A DNA stretch of 64,000 nt, taken from Azolla caroliniana. Taxonomy: Eukaryota; Plantae; Polypodiophyta. The position numbers and the translations under genes were made by a program. The notes under the pieces are model-generated. The model was given only the letters and a program-made list of their open reading frames with translations, did no database searches and had not been told where the DNA came from. Below, one piece after another: positions 34,659 through 47,000 of this stretch; the stretch's first letter is position 1, and the number at the start of each line of letters is the position of its first letter. The stretch covers positions 2,914,001 to 2,978,000 of the forward strand of contig JBHGNT010000005.1 in the NCBI GenBank assembly GCA_043228905.1, read 5' to 3'.

Positions 34659-37406
34659 TAGGTTGTCCAATTTAAGAGGGGTAAATATTATGTTCTCTCA
34701 AGTGTCCACGGTATTTCAGGTAACAATGCCAACTATGCAGTTCAACCATTTTCAGAATTGGTATGGTATGTTTTCGACTCTTAATATACTTATAAGACCT
34801 CGTTTTGTACCATCAAAATGGCAGCCATTATTTTTATGAAGTTCCGGATAATGGTAGACTGTTTTTAGTGGAGGAGGAGGCTCCAATTATGTCTTCTACA
34901 AATCAGTTACCAATGCGAGTAATTGCTCGATTAGATAAAAACATCTTTATAGATCCTAATCCCTTAATTGCTAAATATTCATCTCATATTTGGGTTTTAC
35001 CATCTAGGCCAATTGCTTATTTGCATTGGGATCCGTCTGATTATGGTTGGAAGCTGTCTAGATCCGACACTTCGCAAACGAAGGTCCTCCCATTCTTCAC
35101 ATATTCTGTGGCGTTTGGACTTAGGAATTTTCTTTTGAATTAGAGTGAATCGGTACCTACGGGGAAAAAATATTGGGACGAAGGTAATGTGTCATCCTCA
35201 CATATGTTGAAGTTCTGGAAACAATTTTGGCCACTTAAGTGTATGAATAAGGTATTACATTTTCGATGGTTGATGATTCATTATGCCTTGCCAATAGGAG
35301 GTTTATTGAAGGGAACAATGCCTAATAGATCATGTGTTATGTGTGGGTTTGCAGTTGAGACATTGCATCATGTTTTTTGGGAATGTGTTGCGGCCAAAAG
35401 TTTTTGGTTTCGAATTCTTAGGTTATTAGGTCGAAAGTATAGGTCAGCCATTTTCACGTGGGGTGTAGTATTCTAGGGAACGTTGGATCAGCAAAAGGCT
35501 TTTTATCATTATCATAATTCTTCATTGACTTTACAGGTAAAAAGTTTTCAGGTGTACTCTATTTCAACCTCTATACCGGGAATCAAGTTCTTCTCGCAGT
35601 GTTATGTGTGGCAGATTGTTTCCTCTTTGGCCCTATGGGTTTTGTGGAAAGCGAGATGTTCCAAACTATACAACGATGAACAAATTCATGTTGTGGATCA
35701 GGTTAAGACCTTTTGGGAATTAGTGATACATACAGTAAAAGGTGAGTATGATAGTTATAAGGGTTATGGAAATAAAGCTAATCGGAAAAGAAGAAGAATT
35801 CGTAGAGTTTGGGCAACTATTCCTATTTTGTTGGATGTAGGTGATAATGTTAAGTGGAATTACGTTCCACCTCGTTGGTTGTTTCTGCCACCAGCACCGT
35901 TCTCAGTGTAGACAACATGGAATTTGGTGAAAATGGCGAGAGGGTTGTTGTGGAATTATTTTGAAGCATATTTAGTTATTGTAACTTTTAGAATGATGAA
36001 TGAAGACGGGGACGGAGGCAAATACAAATTTTCATGATGATCTGAGGAGTGTGTATATACAGGAAAGTACTAAAAATGGAGAGGATTTTGATGGAAAATG
36101 GCGAGATGCTTTGATGTGGAAGTTTTTTTGAAGCAGACTTATTTATTTTCAGTTTTTAGAATGATGAGTGAAGATGGTGGCGGAGGTAGAAGCAAGGTTT
36201 CATGAGGGTTTGAGGAGAGTGGATTCATTCTGGTCTTCTTTTTGTAGGTACAGAACTCGGGCGATGAATGGCAAGATGGTTGTAGTGGAAAACGAAACTG
36301 ATTTATTTTGAAAGGATGAGTGAAGATGGTGGCGGAGGCGGAAGCAAGGTTTCATGAGGGTTTGAGGAGAATGGATTCATTCTAGTTTTTGTAGGTACAG
36401 GAATTGGGTGATGAATGGCAAGATGGTTGTAGTGGAAAATGAAGCTAATTTAATTTTGGAAGGATGAGTGAAGATGGTGGTGGAGGTAGAAGCAAGGTTT
36501 CATGAGGGTTTCAGGAGAGTGGATTCATTCTGGTTTTTGTAGGTATAGGACTCGAGTGATGAATGGCAAGAGGATCTTGATGCAAAATGGAGAGATAGTT
36601 GATGTGGAAATTTTTGAAGCAGTCTTATTTACTTTCAATTTTCAGAATGATGAGTGAAGATGGTGGTGGAGGTAGAAGCAAGGTTTTATGAGGGTGAGGA
36701 GAGTGGATTAATTATGTTTTGTGTATGTACATGAAATTGTTGAAAATAGAGAGATACAAGACTCAGGCAATGACTAGCAAGATTGATGTTGTGGAAAAGG
36801 AAGTTGATTTATTTTTGAAAGGATGAGTGAGGATGTTGTCGAGGGTTGAAGCAAAATGTCATGAGTGGATGAGGACAACTAATTTTTTCTTTGTTGTCTA
36901 TACAGGAATTTCATGGAAAATGGAGAGATGGCTGATGTGGAAATATTTTGAAGCACATTTATTTGTTTTTAGTTTATACAACGATGAGCGAAGATGGTGG
37001 CGGAGGCAGAAGCAAATTTGCATGAGAGTCTAAGGAGATTGGATTGAGTAGAGAACCAGTATTTTCATATGGTATGTTCATCTAGATCATTTGGATATGA
37101 TGAACTCTTACATGTAGCAACGATTAAGGAATCATTGTGAAAGAAGATATATCACTACATGTTGAATACAATGGAATTGATGTTAGGGGCTTTGGCATGG
37201 CATCAACATTACTTGGTGATATGGACGCTGGTAGGGCAACAATATTACTTAGGGAGAAGTTCACCGATATTATCTTTTATCTTGCCTTTATCTTTATCTA
37301 GAAAGATTGGTTACACCATATTCATTGTAATGTTGGATTATCTTGTATCTTGCCTTTGGCTACTTTAATCTTAATACTAATGGAGGATAATTTTTATGGA
37401 AAAAAA
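34659..37406 (+). mobile_element. Nested 5'-truncated L1-like LINE with long repetitive 3' UTR
   Basis: 15-bp TSD AAGTTCGTAAAGGAA at 34644-34658 and 37407-37421. Oligo(A) from 37400. zf-RVT CVMCGFAVETLHHVFWEC, LWVLWKARC and WNYVPPRWLF motifs. Confidence 0.9.
35920..37050 (+). repeat. Degenerate tandem array (about 150-190 bp units, 7 copies)
   Basis: Core GATGAGTGAAGATGGTGG(C/T)GGAGGTAGAAGCAAGGTTTCATGAGGG recurs at 35995, 36163, 36315, 36463, 36649, 36822 and 36983. Confidence 0.85.
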
Positions 37407-38858
37407 AAGTTCGTAAAGGAAGGTGTTGAAGAAGTTGCAATTAGGGATGTTGTCATTATGTTTTTGCTATATGTGAATGATGCTTTTTGCAAATACTTTA
37501 GGAGATGCGCAAAATCTTATGAATGCATTGATTTGCATGCATACTAAATTAAGTGCCAATAGCTCTAAAACAAAGATTATGCTTGTGAAGACCCAAAAAA
37601 AAACAGACAAGTCATGCATTATGTACAATAATGAGCCACTTGAATGTGTGGAAAGCTTTGAATATCATGGCCTTGAAGTTCCTTCAAATCATAGATGGAA
37701 TGAATGTGCTACACTCCGTATAGAGGCAGGAAACCGAGCATATTACGCATTTGACAACACATGCAATAGTGGAGATATTAAGTGTTGGGTCCTCAAGAAA
37801 TACCTTTTTGACACTTTGGTGACACAGGTGCTTTTCTATGGGGTGGAAGTATGGGGTGATAACATCCCTAAATCTACTTGGAAAGAGTTTGAAAATGTCC
37901 AAAAAGTGTTGGGTCCTCAAGAAATACCTTTTTGACACTTTCGACACTGGTGCTTTTCTATGGGGTGGAAGTATGGGGTGATAGCATCCCTAAATCTACT
38001 TGGAAAGAGTTTGAAAATGTCCAAAAACATTTTTTTACAAAGTTTCTACAAGTTAAGAAACAAACGTCATACATCCTCCTCCTTGAGACATGATCACTTT
38101 CCATTGAGATTATGGCCATGGAAAGGGTTGTTGAATACATGCTTAAGGTTCAAAAAAGTCTCTCACATCGACTTCCTGGAATCGCATGGGAAGCAAGCAA
38201 AAAGATCCTAAAGACGCATAAAAGCAAAATTTTGTGTTCCGGTTGGATGCAAGATATGACAAAGTGGTTTGGTTGATGGGATGCAACACATTTGCTTCAT
38301 GATGCATCACTAGATTCCTCTATAAATGAGGCCTTTTTGCAATACCAATGTATCATGACATACGAAAAATGTGGAGGCTCACGCTTTACACATTATACTA
38401 CACATGTTGCACCTAACTACAAAACCATATTCTTCATGAAACGGGGAAATCGTACACATCGATATATGTTAAAGCCCATCCCATTGGCTTCTATTCGAAC
38501 CATTGTTTCCATGCGACTTAGCTTACATGCATTGCGATGTGAGTCAGGGTGTTAGGGCACATGCTAAGAGTGGTCCACTATGCTCGCTTTGCCCTAAACA
38601 AGTTTGAGAATCTGAGTATCACACTTTGATACAATGCTCTCTCCGCCTTTAATCATATTTAACCATGCTTTCCACTCATCTTCGACCAAGCCCAATCCTT
38701 ACATGAATTTCGGTCACAACCACAATGTGCACTCTTGATTGCAACATTCATTGGTAAAGTTCTTGAACATTAAGAGTTGTTATTCACTTTCACATGTATC
38801 ACGTGAAATGAAATATTTTTGGTCTCATAGGTCATATTTGACCTCTAAAGACAATAAT

Positions 38859-38862
<4 letters not shown>

Positions 38863-38921
<59 letters not shown>
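38863..38921. repeat. (CT)n(CA)n microsatellite at the LINE 3' end
   Basis: Read directly from the sequence. Confidence 0.95.
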
Positions 38922-41900
38922 TTACATTGTCTCCACATGTCAATGCGAATTTCCATGTTGGTTAAGTATATAATAGGTACTTAACAAAGTGCATACATGG
39001 AAATTTGGATTTGTATATAGCATGTCACATGACCTATATAAAGAATCCCTTACATTTACAGATTTCATTAATAAAACTTCTTTTCCTATTCACAGTGTGG
39101 ATACTTACTTCAAATGGTACTATCCTGTTTGAAAAGATGTGTAAAACAAGGGTTTTTAAATCCCTTATGTTGAAATCATGTGTCGTGGTTACATGTTCCT
39201 CAATATACACACTTACTCGTGTAACAATGACAACAACAATATAGTAGTAGGAACAATAAAAAGATATAATGTGACAAAATAAAGCACAACAAAAGCATCA
39301 CCCTTACAATATTATAGAGTGAACTCATATATATGTAGATATATACACAAATAAATACACCTAATTGTGGATATACATACACAACTTGCCATTCTATCAA
39401 TTGTGATTACATAGTGGGTTAGAATATGCATTTCGAAGCAGTCATACATTTGAAAAAATGCTAACTATAACACATTACTAATTGTATTTTCTAACTATAT
39501 TAGTATCGTAAGGATATAATTCAAATAAATCATACCTTATTCATACATTTTAGGATAACGTATTTGTGTAGTTTGCAAGCATCTTTTAGTACTATCATCC
39601 ATGCAACCGGGTGTCATAAACTAGAATCTAGGGTCTTTGTTTTTTTTTCCAAAAAAAATCTCCTTCCATTAGTTATAAACTTTTACAGATGAGGGTGTTA
39701 TAGACAATTCCCTGTAGGAACACGATATTTCCATCTTATTTGGATGCCCACTGATTCAAGAAAGGGAGAGGATGACCATTGTTGGATGAGGACTCTAGGG
39801 TCTTTGTTTACCATAGTTTTCACTTAATTCGAAAATGTTAGTTGGAAAATATTGGGTCAAATTATTTAACCTATGACAATTGTTCTTAGGAATAATCATT
39901 GCCAAATTGGCTTCCCTTGCCAAAAGATTGTTAGAATAATCATTAATACTTGCACCCCTAGCATATTAACCATGATACATTAAATTGTTGGACAAACATA
40001 AAACATGATTCTTGTCTTAACTAAATTCATGTAGCAAGAGGAATTCTATACAATGAGAAAGTAAGAAAATGAATGAAAGTTTAGTTGTTTCTCCTATAGT
40101 GGAGTTTTAAAACCTTGAACAAATATACGATCATGCCACCATCATAATAAGAAGCAATGTACCAATAAAAAGTAATGAATTGCATTGTTAATTCATTCCT
40201 TTGGCAACATCTTCACTAGATAATACGTATGAAAATATTATCTAACAATGTGTGTGTGTGTGGTTGAAATGTCTTAACAATTTTATATAATTGAGAAGAT
40301 AAGTGTTGTATGAACATTTGTTATGCTATTTAGTATTGTATCATAGATAAATGTTTCCTAGGGATACTACAAACTCTCAACACAATTATGAAATATGACA
40401 AAGTTTTTTTTTTCCAAAAAACAAAGACAGTTTACCTAAGGGAATCAAAGAAATAGAGAATTTTTTGCTTATGAACGTGACATTGATATATTATTTAGAT
40501 TGTACAATACATTGGCTATTTTAGGCCTTCTCCTTACAACTTCTCCTTAGTAGGACTACAAAACAATTATGCAAGTCCAAGAGACTTGTGCTGAGTTTGA
40601 GATGGTAAGGCTTTTTCCACTTCCCAATAAGTAGCTACCTAGTAATAGTAATTCATACCTAAGGAAGTGTTCCATGGTTGGTGAAGCAAAACTTCGTCGT
40701 TCATCAATATATATATGTAAGACACGGAGTTGAACACGAAGTTAAAAATTTTGTTACATTCTTCATGAATCTTTTGTCTAAAACATGTTCTAGTAAATAT
40801 TTTAATGTCCAATACTATGACGATGTATTACACCCTCTACATTAAAGTTTCTAGAATGGACATTCAATTTCATAAAAAATGGACTGAGATTCAAGTTAGA
40901 ACATAAAAATCATGCTTGATAAAGATCATTATGGTCCACCAAAAAAACTAAAATGCATTGCAAAGAAAACATAGTAGGGTGTGTGTCTCTATTCACAATG
41001 AACTCACAGGAATTCATCACCATTTTAGCATGTTCCGTTTCATAAATATTTCTTCATTTTCATGTAATATCTCATTTATAGATATAGTTTCAAATATAGT
41101 TGTGATTGATATTGACCAACTTGACGACTCAAAATATGTTAACTTGAAGATACAATTTTTGCCACGGAAAATTCATTAGAGCAAGCTAAACAATGGCCAC
41201 TTGGCTTTTCCCAACACTTTACTTACTACATGTGAGTAACATCTAACCAATGAGCTTGAACATTAAAGATAAATATAGACATTGAGATGAAATAATAAAT
41301 GGAAGACGCCTGACGAACAATACAATTTTTTGCAAGCGTTATGGCTTAGTTTCATTAGCATCGTGGTTGAGCAAAAGTGCTAAAAAATGGAGTTATTGTG
41401 TATTTGGTGGAATGCTCAAACCAATTAGATTGCCCTATGGAGAAGTTTTAGAAGAGAGAAATCAACTAGTATCACATAGAATATGAGGAGATAGAAAATA
41501 GTTATGTATGTACATGGACATTGTAAAAACACTCAACTATATTTAATAAAACAACATTCAACTATAAGTTGAAGTTGTAACTTAGAGGCTGCTTACATGG
41601 AAGACACTTAGACAAGGAGAGACAAAGAAAAACTACACCAAGTGGCACTGCCAAAAAGGAAACTTAGTTTTTAATGGAGGAAAAACGTGTAACACCTTAC
41701 TACTACATCCAGTTGCAAATTGCAATGGCCGAAAAAGAAGCACACCCACTTAGTAAGAGAAGGATCCATATCTATTATGCATAGTGGCACTACTGAAAAA
41801 GCTCAACTATTCTATACAAATGTGTCTTGTCTATGTTACTCGACGGGAAAAATGTGTAGGTCAAGTGGGGCTGACTATAGGTGTTGCCATAAGGCTCTAG

Positions 41901-42227
41901 GTACAAAGTATGCACAAGCCAAAGAGATGCTCATTGCATGGCAGTGACCAAATCATTACAAATTTTCATCAAGGGGTCATTACACTAATTTCAAAGGGCC
42001 ATGACTCTAATTCATCAAAACTTCAAGAAAAACAAAGCAGTAATTTTTTCAGGGGTAGGTGTCACAATAACTCAACAAAACCTCAACAAAACAAAAAAAC
42101 AAACAGACAGAAAGCCATTCAAGAGCTCTGAAAAGTTCCTGCTCTTCTGCTTTTCATTTTTTTATTTTATGAAAACTTAATAGTAACAAAATAAACAAGC
42201 TGTTTTTTTTAATTTTACTATTGGTCT

Positions 42228-42590
42228 GTCACGTGCGAGGCACATGTATCCAGGTCAGCAACGTCAAGCGCCACGTCATCGGGGACTGGCCCGGCGTTAA
42301 AGTACACGTGTCCTGCACAAATAGATACTGAGATACTCCACATTTTTGGTTCTCCTGCCAGCGTGGCGTCAGTCCCGGCGAGATGCGGCAGACAGGACAT
42401 GGGAGCCACGTCAGCGGTGGACCGTCCACGTCACGGGCTGACTCCCACTTTCCTGCATCTGGAGGGCCACGTCAGCGAGGGAACGTTGGGCAAACCACCT
42501 AGGAGAAGGGATGACGTGGCGGGGAGGGCGGGGAGGAGATTGACACGTGGCTTCCACGTCGGAGGGTTGGGGCACTGACGTGGCATCCAC
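42228..42590. promoter_or_regulatory. GC-rich island with 12 ACGT cores (G-box/ABRE/CCACGTCA), probable promoter of the STICHEL-like gene
   Basis: ACGT at 42231, 42261, 42273, 42306, 42408, 42428, 42469, 42483, 42514, 42545, 42556 and 42578. Immediately followed by a CT-rich leader. Confidence 0.6.
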
Positions 42591-44022
42591 CGTCGCTCTC
42601 TCTTTCTTTCTTTTTCACTCAAATTCTCACTTCTTCTATTTAACTCGTGTTTTTCTCTGCTTTTCCTGGTCACTGTCAATTAAAATATTTTTCTTTCTGT
42701 CTTTCTGTCTGATCGATCAGTCGTTCGCCATATCCTCTTTTGGAGCTGTTTAGCTGCACGATCTACAGTCTCTTCTTCTGCACAAAACAGGGAGTTAAAG
42801 TCCATTAATAAAAAAGGCTTCTCTTCTTGCCCCCCTCGTCATGCGCTCAGCCTCCTCGGTAACTACTCCCTCCTTTCCTTCCTTCTTTACTCCATTAATT
42901 TGTTTTAAGGTTTTTCTTCAGTTCATTCTTCCTCTTCTTCTTTCTTCTTTCGTCATCTTCATCTTCATCTTCATTTTCTTCTTATTCTTTCTCCTTTATT
43001 CTTTGTTCATCTCCATCTCCATCTCCATCTCCATCTCATCTTCATTGCCAGCTTTGTCTTCATCATCACCGTCACAATTATGGTCTGCATTTTCTTCATC
43101 AATTTTCGTCGTCATCCACTTTTTCTTCTTTCTCTGTAATTTCTAGTTCTTATTTATCTCGAATGCAGCTTCTTCTTACGCGACTCTATTGCTATCATTA
43201 TCTAGACATGGACAGGTTCTGAAGGATTTTTCTCTCTCAAAAGTTAGTAAAATCTTCAGAAGTAATCTTCTTCCTCAAGGTAACATCTTCTTCTTCTGTG
43301 AATCCACTTCTGGCTGCCTAGATTGTAGAAACGTTCAAATTGATTTCATCTCTAGGATAAGTGTCTGCTATGTGAATTTCTGCTGGAAATCTAGAAAAAA
43401 TTCTGTAATTTCAAAATTATGTTTTCTGTCATCTCTGCTGGAAATCTAGAAAAATTTCTCGGATGAGCATTTCGATCCATTCTCTATAATGCATCTTCTC
43501 GACGACCAGTCTAAAACTAGAGCTAAGCCTGAAACATGTTTCCTTTTCTTCAATGGGATTTTTAGGCTGTGATATATCTCTTTGTATGCACCTGGTTTTT
43601 TCTGATAGAAAATCTAGGGCGTCCTTATCTCGTAAGAAGCATGTGGATGTCATATTTTGCATAAATGATGCATAATGAGCGGATTATAGTGTGACTTTTG
43701 CCGTCCCTTCTCTGTCTTTTTTCTGTCTTTTTTCTGATTGAAATCTAAGCTATTCCTCTGATAAAAAACCTACTTTGCATTATTAATGTACGATGAGCAG
43801 TTTCTCATCTTTCCATGTTGGATATTTGTTCAGCCATGTTCTCTTTGTTTCTTTCATCTGTCTTGCCTCTCCGTTTTCTTTCAGTGATGGTAGTGAAAAC
43901 TACTGGCTGAAAGAATTCTCAGGTCTCCACTAGTTCATTCTCATTCATTGCAAGAAATACCTTCACTGACAAATTGTTTTTATCTGAACCGTGACTTGCA
44001 TTACTTGCAGAATGGAAGAAGA

Positions 44023-47000
44023 ATGGAAAACATAGATAAAGCTCCCTCATGTGGTTACTCTCTTGTTAGGGAGATATCTTCCCTGAAGATGACTTCATCT
44101 CTGAGAGATGTATCAATGATTTGTCCAGTAACGTCTATGCAAAAGCACAGAGAAACAGAGATGGATGTATATGAACAGAAATTCTTCTCGTCTCCACCTA
44201 ACTCTATAGACTGCAAAAGCTTTGAGAGAAGAATGGAGTCTGTAGAAATGGAGAATAAAAGACCAGGTAATGATGCTGTAAGATATGTTGTGGATGAAAA
44301 AGAAGACGAGAATAGAATGAAACATGATTCACAAATCAATGGAAAATATTCTCCTCCTACTTTGTATAATTGGGATCCAGAGATGAAGTCATCTTATGCA
44401 TTTTCTTCTCTTAAGAAGCATCATCCCAAAATGCGAGAAGGATATTACTTGCTATCAGGCACTCGTGGAAAACAACAAGAAGAATTAACGTCAGATAGAC
44501 ATTCAGAAAGTGGTAATGCACCTTGTGAATGTGTGAGTAAATCTAAGCCAACACATAGAAATACAAGGAGGAATAAGACACAAAAAGGAAGAAAATCTTA
44601 TACAATTTCTCCTTCTTATGATCACACCATGGACATTCAAGACAAATGCAATTGGAGATCATCGGAGTTAGAAATGGGAAGTGCAGAGTTAGGCAACTTT
44701 GAGCTCGAAATCTCTGAACTGCCCCAAAATGGCTGTAATGGATCGTGGAATTTAAATAAGATCCAGGGTAAGGCAAAAAGGCAGTTAGATATGGCAAACC
44801 AAAATAGTAGCTATGGGACCATAGATAGCTACGGGACGTCAGATACTCATATTAGAGAGCTTGATAAGGTATTTCCTCGAGATCAATGGAGTTCCTCTCA
44901 AGAATCCACTCCTATCACAACTTCAGACTTTTCTGAAACCTCATTTAACACGGAATTAGAAAGCCTTCCTTTACTTGAACAAAGTCTCCACTCAAGCCCA
45001 AGTGAAACATATAGAAATACAGGACATAATAAAGAAACTCTTGAGTTCCCTAGAGATCTACATGATGCTAACAACCTTAGTTTAAGCCAGAAGTATATGC
45101 CAAAATGCTTTGAGGATATTGTGGGGCAAAACTTAATTATCCAATCCCTATCTAATGCTTTGTCAAAAGAGAAGGTTGCACCTGTATATATCTTCTATGG
45201 TCCTCGAGGCACAGGTAAAACATCATGTGCAAAAGTCTTTGCCATGGCCTTAAATTGCACCTCAGATGAAACAAAGCCGTGTGGTTCTTGTGTAGAATGC
45301 TTAAAACAAAAGTTTGGGAAGGCTTCTACTACAAAGGAATTCCATGCAGAGGTCTTAAAAGGTAAAAAAGGTTGCATGAAATTGTTGAAGCATATGAGTA
45401 CACAGAATTTCTGGAAATACAGTGTTTTTATCATTGATGAATGTCATACTCTCTCTAGTGAAGCATGGGATTATTTCATGAAAGCAATAGAAGATGTGCC
45501 GCGAAATATTGTGTTTATTCTATCTACGAGCAGTTTGGATCAGATACCCGATGCAGTGATCTCAAGGTGTCAGAAGTTCATTTTCTCCAAGATAAAGGAA
45601 AGTGAAATCATAAACAGATTGAAATTGATTGCCATTCAAGAAGGCTTGGAAGTTGATGTAGATGCATTGAGCTTGATTGCATCAACATGTGATGGGTCAT
45701 TACGAGATGCAGAAACAATTCTTGATCAGCTCAGCCTTTTGGGTCACAAAATAACTTTGACTATGGCACAAGAACTGGTAAGTTAATTCATACTTTAGAA
45801 ACGTTTTGGTTAGTATCAATTTTCCTGAAGTCCTTTGTGTGCTTTGATAAGAGGTCAATATTGGTGTGTGCATGTTGGAGGAATAATGTTAATTGAAATA
45901 CTGGCATGTACCCTGGGGGGTTTCTTTATTTCCGCATCGGTATAATTATTGAAGTAGCCCATATCCTTTCTATTAGAAGTCAAGAGGCAATTGATAAGAA
46001 GTAAAAAAAACATAGGAGCATTCAGAGCAAGAAAACTTAAGATTTGGAGAAATCAAGAAAAAACCCAGGGATGTTTCGGTGTTTTTGGCTATGGAAAATT
46101 TCCTTTTAGTAGTTTGTTTCAATATTTTAATATGGGATTTGTTCCTTTCCATTCTCGTTTTCAGATGGGCCTTGTACCTGACGAGAAGCTAGTAGATTTG
46201 CTAGATTTTGCTTTATCTGCAGACACTGTTAACACTGTTCGGAACATGAAGAATTTAACAGTATCTGGAGTTGAACCACTCAATCTTGTTTCTCAATTAG
46301 CTTGCTTAATCACAAGGATACTAGCAGGTGGCTATCATATTCCCATGGGGAAAGAGAAAAGAAAGTTTTTCCAGAGGAAACCATGTAAGCATTGTTGATC
46401 TATCCTTGTATGAACAACTACTCATGTTCTTTGTGTTGTTTGAAAACAAATATTTATATAGAACGTTCTTTATTAGTACTAAAGCTAAGTCTAGACTCTG
46501 CCTTACGATTCGTATCTGTGACAGAAAAATGTAATAGTCTGTAACTTTCGAAACTTTATTATATCATTGTTTGCACCAATCTTCATCCTGAAGTTTATTT
46601 CTTTATCTTGAACATACATTAATGTTTGGCAAACCCAATGGAAAGTCTTGATATAATGTGTTTGATCCTTTCGATCTAAGCAATGTTATTGGTCAACCCC
46701 CTCTCGATCAGCTATATGTGGTATTTGAGCAATTATAAGGTCAGTTCTTCCAGTCTGACCAGGTGTATCTGGGGAAATAATGGAAACTTGGCAACATTTT
46801 GAAAATAGAATAAAACTGGGCATTTTGAGTCCCCGAGTGTTTAACACATGATAGTGCTTGAGATCTATATGCTGATGACATGCAGTTTGCATTCCTGTTT
46901 GTGGGTACAACCATATTCCATGTGCATCAGATTGTGATGTGAAGTAGTTGCTTGAACTAGGTATTACTGGATTATTCGATATTCTTCCGTAAATGATATG

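Larger units (their letters stand above)
33110..38862 (+). mobile_element. Long decayed LINE (RTE/RTEX-like family A), APE end + RT + C-terminal CCHC, split by a nested L1
   Basis: APE tail FTC..SSLIDYVL..SNHRAL (33071-33424). FVDFKKAFD and GVKQGCPLSPTLFGLCID (34390-34620). Resumes at 37422 with LLYVND. HALRCESG and CSLCP..ESEYH..IQC near 38530-38640. Ends in (CT)n(CA)n. Confidence 0.85.

Noticed and set aside
35920-37050. Repeat array as a CRISPR-like locus
   Set aside because: The units are long and degenerate, the inter-core sequences are related to each other, there are no cas genes, and the array sits in an L1 3' UTR.
42841-43146. 101-aa hydrophobic ORF as a membrane protein gene
   Set aside because: It is a low-complexity translation of the CT-rich leader; kept only as a possible uORF.
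44023-45777. Bacterial dnaX-like domain suggesting contamination or recent horizontal transfer
   Set aside because: The gene has spliceosomal introns and plant STICHEL-family N- and C-terminal motifs, so it is a normal plant gene family member.
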